Assembly (NCBI GenBank): GCA_964291215.2
Contig: OZ219791.1
Coordinates: forward strand, 3,424,001 to 3,488,000
From: Alphaproteobacteria bacterium
GTDB taxonomy: Bacteria > Pseudomonadota > Alphaproteobacteria > MPNO01 > UBA830
Direction of reading: 5' to 3'
DNA length: 64,000 nucleotides
Shown in pieces: positions 61,151-64,000 of this stretch. Numbering within the stretch: the stretch's first letter is position 1; every line of letters begins with the position of its first letter. Position numbers and translations under genes: made by a program. The notes below the pieces were generated by a model, which ran no database searches, had not been told where the DNA came from, and worked only from the letters and a program-made list of their open reading frames with translations.

Positions 61151-61870
61151 ATGGCCGACCGAGCACCACTCGCCATGGTTACGGGTGCCGCCGGAGGGAT
61201 CGGGACGGCCCTCGCACATCGGCTCGCAAATGACGGTTGGCGCCTGCACTTGGTGGATATTGATCAGGGTCGGCTTGACCGGCTCAGCGAAGAGTTGCCG
61301 GGCGGCGCGATCAATAAGGAGAGTCGGCTCGATGACCGGAGGGCCTGCGTCGATGCACTTCCGGACGGCGAAGAGATCGACGCGCTGGTCCACCTGGCGG
61401 GTATATTCGTCGCCGACGACCTCGAGCCGGAGAGTCGGGATATCTACGACCGGACCATGCAGGCCAACGCGACAAACGCATTGGATCTGGCCGGCGCGGC
61501 GCTGCCGCATGTGCGGGATGGCGCCAGCATCGTCTTCGCCTCGTCGATGGGATTTAACCGGGGCGTGCCCGACCGCATCGCGTACTCGATGGCCAAAGGC
61601 GCCATCGTCGGTCTAACCCGCGCACTGTCGCGTCGGGTCGGTGACCGGGGCATCAACGTCAACGCCGTGGCGCCCGGCATCATCGATACGTCGATGCCGC
61701 GCGAACTGATCAGCGAACGCGGGCGGGAGGCGCTCGTGTCTTCAATTCCGCTCGGCCGGTTCGGCCGGCCGGAGGAGGTCGCGGGAGTGATCGCATTTCT
61801 GATCTCCGAGGACGCATCCTACATTACGGGACAGGTCATCAACATCGACGGCGGGATTATCAATGGCTGA
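61151..61870 (+). CDS. SDR family oxidoreductase
   Basis: TGAAGGIG, YSMAKG, NAVAPG. Confidence 0.9.
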   Translation: MADRAPLAMVTGAAGGIGTALAHRLANDGWRLHLVDIDQGRLDRLSEELPGGAINKESRLDDRRACVDALPDGEEIDALVHLAGIFVADDLEPESRDIYDRTMQANATNALDLAGAALPHVRDGASIVFASSMGFNRGVPDRIAYSMAKGAIVGLTRALSRRVGDRGINVNAVAPGIIDTSMPRELISERGREALVSSIPLGRFGRPEEVAGVIAFLISEDASYITGQVINIDGGIING

Positions 61871-61905
61871 TCGGAGCCGACGGAAGATCCGAAGGAGGAC
61901 CGCAT

Positions 61906-62850
61906 ATGCTGCTTGAGGGGGAGACGACTTTCGACGACACCCCGTTCGACGGGATCAGCTTCGATCTTTGCTCGCGCCGCAAGAATGTCGTCATGGTGAG
62001 TGCGGACTTGAGCAAGCACACCCAGATCATTCGAGTAAAGGAAGAGCTGCCGGATCAGCACCTCGATGTCGGGATGGCGGAACAAAACCTGATCTCCGTC
62101 GCGGCCGGCGTCGCCAAGGCGGGTTTTGTCCCGGTGGCGACCACGTTCGCCGTCTACGCGACCCGGCGCGCCTATGATCAGATGGTGATCTGCATGGGGA
62201 CCGGTCCGCACACGAGTATTGTTGTTGGATTTACGCCGGGCATCGCCAATCCGGCGCGGATCCATCACCAGGCAGCGGAGGATTTGGGCATGCTTCGGTC
62301 GATCCCGAACACGACCGTCATCGACCCGATGGATGTCACCGATTTCAAGCAGGCGCTCGACATCGCCGTCGACCTGCCGGGCCTGGTTTATATGCGGGGT
62401 CATCGCGGCAATACCCCGCGGCTCCTCGATCCGCAGAAGTTCAAGTTTGAACTGGGCAAGACCTATCGCCTCCGTTCCGGGAGCGGGACCGGCATCATTG
62501 CCACCGGCCACGCCACCCAATGGGCATTGGAAGCCTCCGAGATACTCAAGGACCGCGGGATCGATCATTCGCTTCTTCATGTCCCGACGATCAAGCCGGT
62601 CGACAAGGCCGGGTTGGCGGACTTCTGCTTTGCCCACAATCGGATCGTCACCATAGAGAACCACCAGATCGTCACCGGTCTCGGGAGCCTTGTCGCCGAG
62701 GTGGTTTCCGATGTCGGCGGCGGGCCTCGCATCACACGCCTTGGGGTGCCCGGCAGTTGGGCGCCCGGCGGCACGTTGCCGTATATCCGGGAACAGCTGG
62801 GACTGGATGCCGTGGGACTTGCGGATCGTATCCGGGAGGCCGGCCAATGA
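61906..62850 (+). CDS. Transketolase C-terminal subunit (pair 2)
   Basis: SADL, VGMAEQNL, HQAAED, VYMRG, ENHQIVTGLG. Confidence 0.88.
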   Translation: MLLEGETTFDDTPFDGISFDLCSRRKNVVMVSADLSKHTQIIRVKEELPDQHLDVGMAEQNLISVAAGVAKAGFVPVATTFAVYATRRAYDQMVICMGTGPHTSIVVGFTPGIANPARIHHQAAEDLGMLRSIPNTTVIDPMDVTDFKQALDIAVDLPGLVYMRGHRGNTPRLLDPQKFKFELGKTYRLRSGSGTGIIATGHATQWALEASEILKDRGIDHSLLHVPTIKPVDKAGLADFCFAHNRIVTIENHQIVTGLGSLVAEVVSDVGGGPRITRLGVPGSWAPGGTLPYIREQLGLDAVGLADRIREAGQ

Positions 62851-63692
62851 GCACCGGTTCCAACAGCCGCGTCCGGAATTTGGAAATCCTTGCGGCCAAA
62901 ATCAGGCGCAATGCCCTAGACATCTGCATGCAACGCGGCGGTTACGCGGGGCAGGGCGTTGCCTTGGCCGATATTGCGGCGTGCCTCTATTTTGACGAAC
63001 TGCGTCCCGACGGCAGGGGTTGGTTTCATGACCGGTTTGTGCTGTCGAACGGGCACGACGCGATCATGAGCTATGCGGCGTTGGCAGAGCACGGCTCATA
63101 CACGCTCGAGGAGTTGCGGACCTACAACGCCGACGGCACGAAGATCGATCAGAGTCCCATCGAGGGGCAGCGGGGGTTTGAAATCACCGCCGGTTCCCTG
63201 GGGCAGGGGCCGTCACAGGCGGCCGGTATCGCCTGGGCAGAGCGGCAGAGGGGAACCGACAAGCGAATCTATTGCCTGTTCTCGGATGGCGAGCTTCAGG
63301 AGGGCAATGTTTGGGAGGCTGCCATGTTCGCCGCTCACCAAAAGCTCTCCAATCTGGTCTACATCATCGACAACAACGACCTTCAGGCCTCGGGCGCCAC
63401 GACAAACGTGATGAGCGTCGAGCCGGTTCCGGAGAAATTCGAGGCGTTTGGGTGCTTTGCGCGGCGGGTCAATGGAAACAGCGTCACCGAAGTGCTTGAA
63501 GCGTTCGAAGAGGCCAAAAGCGTTGCCGGCAAACCTTATGTCATGGTCTGCGATACCAGGATATTCGCGGGAATCGACTGTCTGCGGGAAGCGCTGCCCA
63601 TGGCGCACTATGTCGCGCAAAACGCCGCGAACTGGGAGGCGGGACTGGCGGAAATCGATGCGAAGATCGCAGATTTGGCCGGCGGCGCGTGA
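62847..63692 (+). CDS. Transketolase N-terminal subunit (pair 2)
   Basis: DRFVLSNGH, GSLGQG, SDGELQEGNVWEA; ATG overlaps the previous stop. Confidence 0.88.
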   Translation: MSTGSNSRVRNLEILAAKIRRNALDICMQRGGYAGQGVALADIAACLYFDELRPDGRGWFHDRFVLSNGHDAIMSYAALAEHGSYTLEELRTYNADGTKIDQSPIEGQRGFEITAGSLGQGPSQAAGIAWAERQRGTDKRIYCLFSDGELQEGNVWEAAMFAAHQKLSNLVYIIDNNDLQASGATTNVMSVEPVPEKFEAFGCFARRVNGNSVTEVLEAFEEAKSVAGKPYVMVCDTRIFAGIDCLREALPMAHYVAQNAANWEAGLAEIDAKIADLAGGA

Positions 63693-63717
63693 TCTTGAAA
63701 GCAGTGAGGATTTAACG

Positions 63718-64000
63718 ATGAGCAGTGAATTGACGGACAATAGGCCGCTGACCGGCAAAGTGGCGGTCGTTACCGGGGCGGGACGCGGAATTGGCCGGTC
63801 AATCGCCCTGGCGCTGACCAGGGCCGGAGCGGATCTGGCCATTTGCTCCCGCACGCCCGCTGAAATTGAAGCGACGCAGGAGGCCATCGTGGACCTCGGC
63901 GTCCGTTGCTTCGTCGGTATCGCCGATCTTTCCGACCCAAAGGCAACGGAATCCGTTTGTGACGAAATTCTCACCGAGTTCGGGCAGGTTCACGTGCTGG
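63718..64000 (+). CDS. SDR family oxidoreductase (3'-truncated by window edge)
   Basis: GKVAVVTGAGRGIGRSIA. Confidence 0.85.
   Translation, partial: MSSELTDNRPLTGKVAVVTGAGRGIGRSIALALTRAGADLAICSRTPAEIEATQEAIVDLGVRCFVGIADLSDPKATESVCDEILTEFGQVHVL

Noticed and set aside
1-64000. tRNA, rRNA or CRISPR arrays
   Set aside because: None recognised by eye; tRNAscan and CRISPR finders were not run

Overview
High-GC bacterial DNA, most consistent with an alphaproteobacterium (inference from gene content). Intact catabolic operons alternate with two heavily eroded mobile-element zones. Host blocks: (1) 1-18.7 kb, a nicotinate-type catabolic cluster (Mo-hydroxylase, 6-hydroxynicotinate reductase, UPF0280/ApbE-like protein, two DUF1185 proteins, enamidase) plus TRAP permeases, SDR, Rieske oxygenase and CoA-transferase; (2) 30.2-35.8 kb, hydantoinase/oxoprolinase A+B with DUF1989; (3) 37.6-47.8 kb, TctCBA, citryl-CoA lyase, CoA-transferase, hydrolases and an amino-acid symporter; (4) 56-64 kb, a GntR-controlled locus with TPP E1 alpha/beta, a free lipoyl domain and two split transketolase pairs. 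Accessory zone A (18.8-29.8 kb) holds a 4.9 kb island bounded by inverted IS30 ends. It contains a TIGR04255 - XRE-HTH - PemK/MazF-like three-gene operon transcribed divergently from a pseudogenised E2-only CBASS (CD-NTase, E2, patatin). Accessory zone B (48-56 kb) is a relict integrative element with DUF4326, integrase and TA remnants, a PurA/PurZ-like + DUF7002-like gene pair, and an IS66 precisely interrupted by a group II intron. Almost every mobile element is riddled with small deletions. The best candidates for undescribed systems are the TIGR04255 triad and the PurZ-like/DUF7002 pair. All family calls come from motif recognition by eye, not from database searches.
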